A stretch of 40,000 nucleotides of DNA from Lysobacter sp. HDW10 (GCF_011300685.1 NZ_CP049864.1:572885-612884); one strand, 5' to 3'; counted from the stretch's first letter, positions 28,200-35,746 are shown. Numbers and translations are program-made. Notes: a model not told the origin generated them from the letters alone.

Positions 28200-28313
28200 G
28201 CGTGTCGCTGCGAACCAGGAATTGCATGTCTTCGGGGCACACGGCTCAGGCATTGCGTTACGCTAGGCGCTTCCCTGCACCAATACGAATGCAGGTTAAC
28301 GCTGGTGTCAGGC
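28200..28313 (+). repeat. attC 14 (long family, 114 bp, degenerate R'')
   Basis: The 3' two-thirds match the long family (GGCACACGGCTCAGGCATTGCGTTACGCTAGGCG...GCAGGTTAACGCTGGTGTCAGGC). R' is GTCAGGC at 28307-28313. Confidence 0.55.
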
Positions 28314-28335
28314 TGCGGGGAGGCAGCATCCCAAT

Positions 28336-28626
28336 ATGGACAAACAACAAGCCGAACGCGTTTCCGATGCAATTCTAGAACCGGCCAGACAGGTTCAGGA
28401 TATTCGCCGAAGCGAAATTGAACTCAAGGCACATCGACTGGCACATAAACAGCGTCAGGCGAAAATTGTCGGCCCAATACTTCTGATTTTTGGTGCCGTG
28501 GGTTGGCAATTGGCGACGCACCTCAACATCTCTGCCAGCAAAGGAATTCTTGCTGGTTCGATCGTTGGTTTAGCCGTTGGCCTGTTCGTAGCGCGCTGGA
28601 AACTCAAATCGACTTCAACCCAATAG
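28336..28626 (+). CDS. Cassette 15: small two-TM membrane protein (96 aa), hypothetical
   Basis: A charged N-terminal helix is followed by two TM segments (IVGPILLIFGAVGW, GILAGSIVGLAVGLFV). Confidence 0.55.
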   Translation: MDKQQAERVSDAILEPARQVQDIRRSEIELKAHRLAHKQRQAKIVGPILLIFGAVGWQLATHLNISASKGILAGSIVGLAVGLFVARWKLKSTSTQ

Positions 28627-28730
28627 CGCGTTCAACCCAGGATCTTTTCGATCCGTAGGATTGCTGCCTCACCGCTGCGCTAGTCCTATTCCCGCTGCGC
28701 TATGCCGCCGAGCTAACTCAGGCCTCATCC
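28620..28730 (+). repeat. attC 15 (long-family relic, both core boxes mutated)
   Basis: CCAATAGCGCGTTCAACCC...GAGCTAACTCAGGCCTCATCC. By alignment, R'' is CCAATAG and R' is CTCATCC in place of GTTAGGC. Confidence 0.45.
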
Positions 28731-28843
28731 CCCTGAAAACCATGGTGGCGGCACCGTGGCGGCTACTGGCGGGTAAATGTCGTATTGATAGAATCGATTT
28801 GGTCGCACGCTTCAGATGGTCCAACACCCATCGGAGCTTTGTC

Positions 28844-29443
28844 ATGGAACATGAAATGAAGATCTCATCATCTGTCGTACGTCGCCTGCGCACAGCGCGC
28901 GGGTGGTCCCAGGATCAGCTGGCCGTCGCATCCGGACTAAGCCTGCGCACAATCCAACGGGTTGAGGCGGAAGGTATCGCCTCTATGGACACGGCAGTAA
29001 GTCTCGCAGCAACCTTTGAGATCCGGCTTATCGAGCTGCAGGAAGATCAGCACGCATCCACTAACGAGAAGCCCGCGTTGGGTCACAGTGCGCTGTTCTT
29101 CGGCACTGCTGTTATCACCGTGGCGGCGCTCAGTGAGTCGGGACGGTTGCCTAGCCCTCAATCCGACGCCTTCACGGCAATTAATGTTTTAGCTGCCATT
29201 GTCGGCGCCGCGCTGCTGGTACCGTCTCTTGTGCGTGCTTTCAAAGATCGTCAGTACATTGGCGCTGCACTAGCGCTCATTGGTACATTCCTGATTACGC
29301 TTCTGGCTGGCGGAGGCATTTATGCACTTATTGGCCAACGGCCTCTGACTTGGCAGTTAGCCGGTTTCGGTGTCTCGGGCGCTGTATTGGTCTTCATTGC
29401 GATTCGAGAACTTAGAAGTGCCAACAGTCCAGCCCGCGTCTAG
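28844..29443 (+). CDS. Cassette 16: XRE-family helix-turn-helix regulator fused to a four-TM C-terminal domain
   Basis: VVRRLRTARGWSQDQLAVASGLSLRTIQRVEAEG is a Cro/C1 HTH. Four hydrophobic helices follow. The start is uncertain (28742, 28844 or 28856). Confidence 0.7.
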   Translation: MEHEMKISSSVVRRLRTARGWSQDQLAVASGLSLRTIQRVEAEGIASMDTAVSLAATFEIRLIELQEDQHASTNEKPALGHSALFFGTAVITVAALSESGRLPSPQSDAFTAINVLAAIVGAALLVPSLVRAFKDRQYIGAALALIGTFLITLLAGGGIYALIGQRPLTWQLAGFGVSGAVLVFIAIRELRSANSPARV

Positions 29444-29497
29444 CATTTCGATCAAGCTGACGTTGCTTCACGGCGCGGCTTGAATCAACGGTAGTGG
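29438..29497 (+). repeat. attC 16 (short variant, 60 bp)
   Basis: GTCTAGCATTTCGATCAAGCTGAC...GCGGCTTGAATCAACGGTAGTGG. R' is degenerate (GTAGTGG). Confidence 0.6.
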
Positions 29498-29574
29498 TGC
29501 ATGTAAAGCTTGCGCAGATCTTTCATTCCGGATGCGTTTCGCGTCTTGCCAGGCAAGAAAACGCGGTGCGCAAG

Positions 29575-29613
29575 TGATTACACTAAGTAACTCGGGTGAA
29601 TCCAGTGTTAGAG
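29575..29613 (+). repeat. Orphan attC 3' half
   Basis: CGGGTGAATCCAGTGTTAGAG resembles the CGGCTTAACTCAGGTGTTAGG end of the short family (R' GTTAGAG 29607-29613). The 5' partner is barely detectable. Confidence 0.35.
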
Positions 29614-29619
29614 GGTAAG

Positions 29620-30402
29620 ATGAAGAAAGCTAGCGTTTGGATCCTTTTGCTTCTCCCGACCTTCGCTTACGGGCAAGAATCCTTGAAAATTCGTGAGTCT
29701 ACGAAGGGGAATTTCGTTGCCACCCTCAATTCGAGTAGAGAGCTGAGCATTGAGGAATCACAAAGCAGAGTACTCGCGCAGGCCGCCCAGTTCTGCGGAG
29801 AACTCATCCCACAGCTGGGTCGTTACAAATTCAATTTGAGCAAGCCAACATCAGTGGCTCAACAATCGAACGAAAAATTTGAGTTCAATCAAGATTTCAC
29901 GTGCCAAGATCACGCAAGCGTTGAACCGAGCGACATTCATCCAACATCAATTTCCGATGCTGAGAAAAAGCGCGTCGTCGACCTGGCCACCAGCGAAACC
30001 AGAAAAATCATTAGCGCCTCAAATGCAACCACGTATGAAGCGTTCCACAAATATTTCTCTGCCACGTTAAGTTCGATGTTTCCTTTGGAAGAATGGATTG
30101 ACCACCAAACGACGTTGCACAGCAACGCAGGTGCCATGAAGCCAGACCCGCTGCTTAAGGTCACGACCTATCTGGACCCGCAGAATGCGCCCGGACCCGG
30201 ACTCTACATCGCTGTTGATTTTCAAGTCAGCTATGATCGTGCGCCCTTCAGATGCGGCTACCTGATTTGGCTATTTGACCAGCAAGCAAATCTTTCCGTA
30301 TTGCGAATTGAAGACGGCATCATCTATAGCAAGGTCGCGTCTGGTATGACGAAGGAAGCGCTTGAGCAAACGAAGCAACAGTACCGCTGCTTTGCCCCGT
30401 AA
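29620..30402 (+). CDS. Cassette 17: secreted protein (260 aa), C-terminal half DUF4019-like
   Basis: Signal peptide MKKASVWILLLLPTFAYG. GAGGG inside the R' box serves as the SD. The cassette is visibly more AT-rich than its surroundings. The domain call is tentative. Confidence 0.6.
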   Translation: MKKASVWILLLLPTFAYGQESLKIRESTKGNFVATLNSSRELSIEESQSRVLAQAAQFCGELIPQLGRYKFNLSKPTSVAQQSNEKFEFNQDFTCQDHASVEPSDIHPTSISDAEKKRVVDLATSETRKIISASNATTYEAFHKYFSATLSSMFPLEEWIDHQTTLHSNAGAMKPDPLLKVTTYLDPQNAPGPGLYIAVDFQVSYDRAPFRCGYLIWLFDQQANLSVLRIEDGIIYSKVASGMTKEALEQTKQQYRCFAP

Positions 30403-30524
30403 TTCGTTGTTCAAGCCGATGCCGTTTCGTGGCACGCGTTTGTGGCGATGCGCTACGCTAAGCTCAGCAACGTTTTCTTGAGTTCCACGCTGTTGTTGCA
30501 TGCGGGCGAGCTCTGCCGTTAGAC
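30396..30524 (+). repeat. attC 17 (long family, 129 bp)
   Basis: CCCGTAATTCGTTGTTCAAGCCG...GATGCGCTACGCTAAGCTCAGC...GCCGTTAGAC. R' is GTTAGAC at 30518-30524. Confidence 0.65.
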
Positions 30525-30557
30525 CGTAGAACTACACGCTCACCCTCGGAGAAAAGC

Positions 30558-30938
30558 ATGCAACGTGTGACTGGCATTGGTGGCATCTTCTTCAAGTCTA
30601 CGGACCCGAAAGCACTCAGTGCGTGGTACCGCGATCATCTTGGCCTGGACGTGTCGGACTGGGGTGGTGCCATCTTTCGTTGGGGTGGCTCAGACAGCCC
30701 CTCGGGAACGACCATCTGGAGTCCGTTCGCAGACGATACCAACTACATGGCGCCGAGCTCGGCGCCTTTCATGATCAACTTTCGCGTGGCCGACCTCGAT
30801 GCACTTCTCGCGGCGCTGCGTCTGGAGGGCTGCTCTGTTCTCGACAAGACCGATTCATCCGAACAAGGCAAGTTCGGGTGGGTCATTGATCCGGACGGCA
30901 ACAAGATCGAGCTGTGGCAACCACCTGCTGGGCAATGA
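30558..30938 (+). CDS. Cassette 18: VOC family (glyoxalase/bleomycin-resistance fold) protein
   Basis: 126 aa. IGGIFFKSTDPKALSAWYRDHLGL and GKFGWVIDPDGNKIELWQP are typical VOC beta-alpha-beta-beta-beta modules. Confidence 0.75.
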   Translation: MQRVTGIGGIFFKSTDPKALSAWYRDHLGLDVSDWGGAIFRWGGSDSPSGTTIWSPFADDTNYMAPSSAPFMINFRVADLDALLAALRLEGCSVLDKTDSSEQGKFGWVIDPDGNKIELWQPPAGQ

Positions 30939-30950
30939 GCAAGGGCCGCG

Positions 30951-31061
30951 GCCGAATAGTCCGTTCAATTTGAATCTGCGCTATTCCGCGAGTTGCGCAG
31001 AAGTAGAACGTCCCCCGCGATTGGCTACACTACGCGAATCCGGTTAACTCAGACCTTAGGT
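30951..31061 (+). repeat. attC 18 (long variant, 111 bp)
   Basis: GCCGAATAGTCCGTTCAA...TTGGCTACACTACGCGAATCCGGTTAACTCAGACCTTAGGT. R' is CTTAGGT, so the first G is lost. Confidence 0.55.
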
Positions 31062-31066
31062 CTCTA

Positions 31067-31423
31067 ATGAACGGTTGTCTCAAAAGCCTGGTTGTCTTGG
31101 CGCTGCTCGCGTTCTCGATGTCTGCCTTAGCCGGCAAAGCCCATCTCGGTTTCACCGTCCATTACACGCTCAAGCGCAGTGCCTTTGACGCGAAGCTTGA
31201 TCATGTCGTCGTGACCAAAGTCAAAGAGAACTCGCCCGCAATGCGCGCCGGGCTCATGCCAGGCGATGTCATTGAGGTTTTGAATGGCGCCGTGGTATCT
31301 GGCAATTCCGCACGCAAGCTCGACAATGAAATGGGTGCCGTCCAACCCGGTGACACCGTCAAGATGACCGTGTTGCGCTCTGGCAAAAGGATTGCCATCC
31401 GCATGGTTGCTGTTGAGAGCTAG
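31067..31423 (+). CDS. Cassette 19: secreted PDZ-domain protein
   Basis: Signal peptide ending SALAG. VTKVKENSPAMRAGLMPGDVIEVLNG...GDTVKMTVLRSGKRI is a PDZ pattern. Confidence 0.7.
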   Translation: MNGCLKSLVVLALLAFSMSALAGKAHLGFTVHYTLKRSAFDAKLDHVVVTKVKENSPAMRAGLMPGDVIEVLNGAVVSGNSARKLDNEMGAVQPGDTVKMTVLRSGKRIAIRMVAVES

Positions 31424-31470
31424 CAAATCATTAGGGCCGACGCGGCTTTAGGGCGAGGTCTAAGTTGAGT
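31418..31470 (+). repeat. attC 19 (divergent, boundaries uncertain)
   Basis: AGCTAGCAAATCATTAGGGCCGACGCGGCTTTAGGGCGAGGTCTAAGTTGAGT. The candidate R' is GTTGAGT at 31464-31470. Confidence 0.35.
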
Positions 31471-31565
31471 GTTTGGTCGTATGCCAATCGTCACCCGCAC
31501 ATGCAGCACTTACGCATTGCTTTACACGTCGACAACAGTACGGGCTCGCGCAACGGAATTTATTC

Positions 31566-32255
31566 ATGACCACTGAAAAGAACCTCGGCCGGCTAGCAGG
31601 TGCGCTGTATCTCGTCGTTGTTTTGACCGGCGTGTTCAGCCTGATGTATGTGCCTTCTCAGATCACGATTACGGATGACCCCGCTGCATCCGCGAACTCA
31701 ATAGTCGCGCATAGCGCCTTGTTCCGAGCCGGCATCGCAGCTTTCTTGATCAAGCAAGTTGCGTTTTTGCTGCTGCCGCTTGTGCTGTACAAACTCCTGC
31801 GCCCAGTGCAACAAAGCATTGCGGCGCTGATGGTCGCACTTGCTGTTGTGAGCGTGCCGATCGCGCTCGTCAGTTTGGCAAACAGGCTTGATGTACTCGA
31901 CATGCTCAATGGCCCACATAGCCAGGCGTTCACGCTTGAACAGCAGCAATCGCAGGCCATGCTTTCCCTCCATGCATATGGCAATGGCTTACTTGTGACA
32001 ACGCTTTTCTGGGGGCTTTGGTTACTCCCCTTCGGATACTTGGTATTGCGTTCAGGGTTTCTGCCAAAGATCCTTGGCGTGTTCCTGATTCTTGGCGGGC
32101 TTTGCTATGTGGCTCAAGTGTTCTGGGAAATTCTTTTGCCAGTAGTAGCTTTTCCGGACACCGTATTGCTGAGCGCCGCAATCGGGGAGATCGGCATTTG
32201 CCTATGGCTTCTCATCGTCGGTGTTGGCAAACGCCCGACTTTGAATTCACCCTAA
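31566..32255 (+). CDS. Cassette 20: DUF4386-like polytopic membrane protein
   Basis: 229 aa from ATG 31566. LAGALYLVVVLTGVFSLMYVPSQI and LFRAGIAAFLI match the DUF4386 pattern. Confidence 0.6.
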   Translation: MTTEKNLGRLAGALYLVVVLTGVFSLMYVPSQITITDDPAASANSIVAHSALFRAGIAAFLIKQVAFLLLPLVLYKLLRPVQQSIAALMVALAVVSVPIALVSLANRLDVLDMLNGPHSQAFTLEQQQSQAMLSLHAYGNGLLVTTLFWGLWLLPFGYLVLRSGFLPKILGVFLILGGLCYVAQVFWEILLPVVAFPDTVLLSAAIGEIGICLWLLIVGVGKRPTLNSP

Positions 32256-32302
32256 TGCTAGACAATGGAACAAGTTGATCTCCGGCATTCACCTCACTAG
32301 GC
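32250..32302 (+). repeat. attC 20 relic (53 bp)
   Basis: R'' is CCCTAAT (32250-32256) and R' is ACTAGGC (32296-32302). L' GGCATTCACCTCAC compares with the consensus GGCTTAACTCAGG. Confidence 0.4.
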
Positions 32303-32309
32303 GACATTG

Positions 32310-32492
32310 ATGGCATTCAAACCGAAGCGTTACACATTAGTCGCGCCGTATCTTTCAGTGAGTGCCGCGCAAGAAACGGTTGATTTTTTGGGCAAAGCGC
32401 CGGATCAAGCAGATGACACCGACAAACGCGGCGGGTTCCAACATGCAGGCGGTGCGACCTGGTGGGTGAGCACACAAATGGATGAGGCTTAA
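32310..32492 (+). pseudogene. Internally deleted VOC/PhnB-like gene remnant
   Basis: 60 aa. FKPKRYTLVAPYLSVSAAQETVDFLGKA looks like a VOC N-terminus and GGFQHAGGATWWVSTQMDE like a VOC C-terminus. About 70-80 intervening residues are missing. Confidence 0.4.
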
Positions 32493-32500
32493 CAACTTAT

Positions 32501-32872
32501 ATGGAAACGTTTCTCTATTTGGCAGCATTTCTCGCTGCTGCGCTGGGCGTTGCGCACTCCGTACTTGGCGAGAAGTACATTCTTGTTCGGCTCTTCCGTC
32601 GCGATAATTTGCCCAAGCTCTTTGGCGGCACCACATTCACCACCGGCACACTGCGCTTTACGTGGCATATCACCACGGTTGCATGGTTTGGATTTGCTGC
32701 GCTGCTTTTTCATGCAGGCCGCGGCGACTTGAATACTACCGGCGTGCTGAAAATTGTGGGTACCACCTTCATCGCATCTGGCTTCCTTCCGCTTTTCATT
32801 ACGCGCGGCAGGCATTTGTCTTGGCTGGTACTGTTCTGCATCGGCGGCATTGCACTCTGGGGCGCGGCTTGA
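32501..32872 (+). CDS. Four-TM membrane protein (123 aa), hypothetical
   Basis: Regular TM pattern. It starts 8 nt after the remnant above, with no attC in between. Confidence 0.55.
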   Translation: METFLYLAAFLAAALGVAHSVLGEKYILVRLFRRDNLPKLFGGTTFTTGTLRFTWHITTVAWFGFAALLFHAGRGDLNTTGVLKIVGTTFIASGFLPLFITRGRHLSWLVLFCIGGIALWGAA

Positions 32873-32977
32873 CGCCAACCTTGGCACGCGATGAACGCTG
32901 ATTCCGAGGACAGCGCGGAAGGCCAGCTCGCATCTTGAAGTTGGCTACACTACGCGAATCGGACTCAGGCATTGGGT
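32867..32977 (+). repeat. attC 21 (long variant, 111 bp)
   Basis: R'' is GCTTGAC (32867-32873). The 3' module TTGGCTACACTACGCGAATC is identical to attC 18. R' is ATTGGGT, so the crossover G is lost. Confidence 0.55.
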
Positions 32978-32997
32978 CTAGTTCACTGGAGGCGCCT

Positions 32998-33330
32998 ATG
33001 CGATTCGCTGTCAGCTTTGTCGCTTTCCTGCTGCTGACGGGTTGCGCCACCCTTCCGGAAGACAACGGCGAGCATCCGATTCCAAACGGTGCTGCCGTAG
33101 CCCAATCCGTCGAGTTGTGTAAAACCCGAATTGCTGAGCTCAGAGCACGACTGGGTGAGCCGAGTCGTGAGGGCGTTCTTGGGCGCGCTCGCATCACCAC
33201 TTGGGTGGTGGCTTGGGATCCTTTGACGAAATATCTGGGCGTCATGACCAACGACTCGGGTACGGTGGTTGACGTCTACTGGGACCTGCCTTCTGAGGTG
33301 ACTTGGGCGCCGACTGATCGATGCAAGTGA
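32998..33330 (+). CDS. Small lipoprotein (110 aa), BamE/SmpA-OmlA-like by pattern
   Basis: MRFAVSFVAFLLLTGC carries the lipobox LTGC, with GGAGG 6 nt upstream. It is the first gene of a two-gene cassette. Confidence 0.65.
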   Translation: MRFAVSFVAFLLLTGCATLPEDNGEHPIPNGAAVAQSVELCKTRIAELRARLGEPSREGVLGRARITTWVVAWDPLTKYLGVMTNDSGTVVDVYWDLPSEVTWAPTDRCK

Positions 33331-33341
33331 GTCACGGCAAC

Positions 33342-33965
33342 ATGCGCGCGCTATTTGTTCACGGCCTGGGCCGCACGCCACTTTCAAGCTGGCCATTACT
33401 TTTGCAGCTTCGACGCGCCGGCTTTGCGACAGACACGTTTGGCTATTTCGCAGCTGCACAGAGTTTCGCTCAGATACGGGAGCGGCTCACTGCAAAGGTC
33501 ACGATGCTTGCTGCGCGGGATGATGGGTACGTGTTGATTGGACACTCATTGGGCGGCGTTCTGATTCGCGCGGCGGTCAATGCGCTTCCGCCCGGCACAC
33601 CGCAACCGAGTCATGTCTTCTTGCTCGGTTCACCCATTCGAGCGTCTCGACTCGCTCAGAAGTTACAGAATAACCTCGTCTTCCGCGTGGTATCGGGCGA
33701 TTGCGGGCAACTGCTCGGCTCTGAAAATAGAATGCAAGAGATCCATGCACTCTCAGCGCCGACAACGAGCATTGTTGGCGATCGTGGCATTGCTTCCACG
33801 CATGGTCCTTTTGCAGGTGAAGCGAACGACAGTATTGGTCCAGTGTCGGAAGCAACGGCTGATTGGTTCACTGCGCAGGTTCGGATTCCGTGCATCCACA
33901 CCCTGCTTCCAGCCAGTCGACGTGTGGGTAAGATCATCATCGAAAGCATGGGCATGGCGAATTAG
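33342..33965 (+). CDS. Alpha/beta-fold hydrolase (esterase/lipase-like)
   Basis: It has the nucleophile elbow GHSLGG, an N-terminal FVHGLG oxyanion region and a C-terminal His in IPCIHTLLP. The alternative start ATG 33321 overlaps the lipoprotein gene by 10 nt. Confidence 0.7.
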   Translation: MRALFVHGLGRTPLSSWPLLLQLRRAGFATDTFGYFAAAQSFAQIRERLTAKVTMLAARDDGYVLIGHSLGGVLIRAAVNALPPGTPQPSHVFLLGSPIRASRLAQKLQNNLVFRVVSGDCGQLLGSENRMQEIHALSAPTTSIVGDRGIASTHGPFAGEANDSIGPVSEATADWFTAQVRIPCIHTLLPASRRVGKIIIESMGMAN

Positions 33966-34074
33966 CCAATCATCCAAATGCCTGGCTCGTTGCCATGGCG
34001 CACGCGTTCGGCTTTGCGCTACGCTAGCGTCTGTTCCGCGCCACTTTGGGATGCGGGCCAATTTGGGCTTCGGC
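33959..34074 (+). repeat. attC 22 (long-family relic)
   Basis: The central GGCTTTGCGCTACGCTAGCG matches attC 1 and 8. The ends are degenerate: R'' is GAATTAG and R' is CTTCGGC (34068-34074). Confidence 0.5.
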
Positions 34075-34142
34075 CATCAGTCGCGGGGAGCAACGGCTTG
34101 AAGATATGGACAGCACTACTGGGGAAATCCGGTCTGGGAAAA

Positions 34143-34529
34143 ATGACCGCCCGTGAGTACGAAGCAAATCTCAACGGTTTGAATATGTTCTTCGGCGCGG
34201 TACTGGGTTTCGTTCTAGCCGGCACAGAAAAGCTGACCGATCTTCAGTTCGGGGTCGTTCTTTTCTTCCTCGCTTGTACCGTGATCACGATTCTGTTTAT
34301 TTCATCAAGCCGACATCGCGTCATGTATGCCGTGCTTGCGCTGGTGTATTCCGCGAGCTTCCCGGAGATGACTGACTATGTTCTGCGAGGACATGATTTG
34401 GTGTCAGGAAAGCTTCGCCCCACACTCCTTGTATGGACGGCGATGACCATCATGGTTGAGTTCTGGGCGCGCGATAAGGCGCCGGTTGCGGATGCAGCCA
34501 CGATTGCGGACGAAAGCGCCGCTTCGTAA
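34143..34529 (+). CDS. Four-TM membrane protein (128 aa), hypothetical
   Basis: Start is taken at the first ATG after the attC relic (MTAREYEANLNGLNMFFGAVLGFVLAG). Confidence 0.5.
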   Translation: MTAREYEANLNGLNMFFGAVLGFVLAGTEKLTDLQFGVVLFFLACTVITILFISSSRHRVMYAVLALVYSASFPEMTDYVLRGHDLVSGKLRPTLLVWTAMTIMVEFWARDKAPVADAATIADESAAS

Positions 34530-34573
34530 CGCGGATTGTCCACGGCAAGCGACACGCACTTCAACGTTTAAAC
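34524..34573 (+). repeat. attC 23 (short, divergent, 50 bp)
   Basis: TCGTAAC (34524-34530) ... CTTCAACGTTTAAAC (to 34573). Its 3' end is similar to attC 10 and 12. Confidence 0.4.
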
Positions 34574-34587
34574 ACAAAGGCAAACAC

Positions 34588-34782
34588 ATGCAGCCCTCAA
34601 AACCGAAGCAGTACAAACCTGGGCGCGCCGTTGCGGTCGGCCTCATCCTCGGAACGTTCGCCGGCATTGTGTTGCATAAGCTCGCATTGGGCATTATTTG
34701 CGGCTTGATCATTGGTTTGGCTGTAGATGCCCGTAAACGAAAGACAGCGTCGGATAGCACGCTAGATGGAAATGATGGTTGA
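34588..34782 (+). CDS. Small glycine-zipper-like membrane protein (64 aa)
   Basis: MQPSKPKQYKPGRAVAVGLILGTFAGIVLHKLALGIICGLIIGLAV has two short Gly-rich helices. Confidence 0.45.
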   Translation: MQPSKPKQYKPGRAVAVGLILGTFAGIVLHKLALGIICGLIIGLAVDARKRKTASDSTLDGNDG

Positions 34783-34864
34783 CCTGCCAAATGGCAAACT
34801 TGACGATACTGGCGTTGTCGTTCGCACTTTTGCGAAGCACAAGACGTTTTAGATAGAGAAGCCC

Positions 34865-35203
34865 ATGGAACCCATTTCGTTTGACGACTTCATGAAAGTG
34901 GAGCTTCGTGTTGGCAAGATCATCGATGCAAGCGTGTTCAAAGAGGCACGAAAGCCAGCCTACATTCTGCACGTCGATTTCGGCGACGAGATCGGCGTCA
35001 AGAAATCCAGCGCGCAGATTACGGCGCTTTATCAGCCCGAAGCACTTATTGGCAGGCTTGTTCTTGCGGTCGTCAACTTTCCCCGCAAGCAGGTGGGCCC
35101 GCTGATGTCGGAATGTCTGGTTACCGGCTTTCACAACGAGAACGGTGAGGTTTCGCTCTGCGTACCAGACAAGGCTGTTCCACTCGGCACACGCTTGTTG
35201 TAG
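34865..35203 (+). CDS. csaA: tRNA-binding domain protein / chaperone CsaA
   Basis: 112 aa. FMKVELRVGKIIDASVFKEARKPAYILHVDFGDEIGVKKSSAQIT and VNFPRKQVGPLMSECLVTG match CsaA/Trbp111. Confidence 0.85.
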   Translation: MEPISFDDFMKVELRVGKIIDASVFKEARKPAYILHVDFGDEIGVKKSSAQITALYQPEALIGRLVLAVVNFPRKQVGPLMSECLVTGFHNENGEVSLCVPDKAVPLGTRLL

Positions 35204-35238
35204 CGACGCCGCATAGGCCCGCAAACTTGGTATTGGTC
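35198..35238 (+). repeat. Possible attC relic
   Basis: TTGTAGC sits at the stop codon. GGTATTGGTCTAG resembles the GGCATTGGGTCTAG 3' end of attC 21. Confidence 0.3.
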
Positions 35239-35320
35239 TAGGTCTTTCGTCTAGTGACCATATGCACGCTCTCAACCGCGCAGCACATTGGATGCTAGCG
35301 CTTCGAACGGAGCCAGTGCC

Positions 35321-35746
35321 ATGTCCCAACTTGAAGACATCCAAATTCCGACCAAGGTAAAACTGAGCTTGCTTTGGACCTGCACGATTCTCTGCTACTT
35401 GTATTGCGACTACTTCGGCCTGTACGTGCCCGGGAAGATCAGCGGGATCATGGCGGGGAAGGCGGACCCGCTAGGCGCCATCACCCAATCGAGCCTGCTT
35501 GCCATGGGCATGTTGCTGTTGGTGCCTTGCTTGATGGTGGCCGCAAGCATCTTTCTGAAACCGCAGTATTCGCGCTGGATGAATCTCATCGTCGGGGCGA
35601 TTTACACGATCCTTATGGCCGCCATCGCCGTGACCGTTAGCTGGACGTTCTACCGGATTTACGCTGGTGCAGAAGTACTCCTGACGCTCACGATTGTCTT
35701 GGTTGCTTGGCGCTGGCCGAGGGTGGGCGTTCCGACGACTCGGTGA
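35321..35746 (+). CDS. DUF6326-like four-TM membrane protein
   Basis: 141 aa from ATG 35321. KVKLSLLWTCTILCYLYCDYFGLY resembles the DUF6326 N-terminal pattern. Confidence 0.55.
   Translation: MSQLEDIQIPTKVKLSLLWTCTILCYLYCDYFGLYVPGKISGIMAGKADPLGAITQSSLLAMGMLLLVPCLMVAASIFLKPQYSRWMNLIVGAIYTILMAAIAVTVSWTFYRIYAGAEVLLTLTIVLVAWRWPRVGVPTTR

Noticed and set aside
27113-28372. Minus-strand ORFs 27113-27355 (80 aa) and 28031-28372 (113 aa) inside the array
   Set aside because: Each begins in one cassette, crosses an attC site and ends in another. Parts of their sequence are just the translated attC. They are not credible genes.
22018-29497. Regularly recurring 60-bp repeats considered as a CRISPR array
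   Set aside because: The repeats are internally palindromic with RYYYAAC/GTTRRRY ends and vary in length (27-129 bp). They are separated by 150-900-bp gene-containing units rather than 30-40-bp spacers. An intI gene, not cas genes, is adjacent. They are attC sites.
34106-34156. 16-codon ORF (MDSTTGEIRSGKNDRP) between the attC 22 relic and the next gene
   Set aside because: It is too short, has no SD, and overlaps the better-supported ATG 34143 start of the membrane protein.
34709-35344. 211-aa minus-strand ORF
   Set aside because: It is antisense to the clearly recognisable csaA gene and to intergenic DNA.
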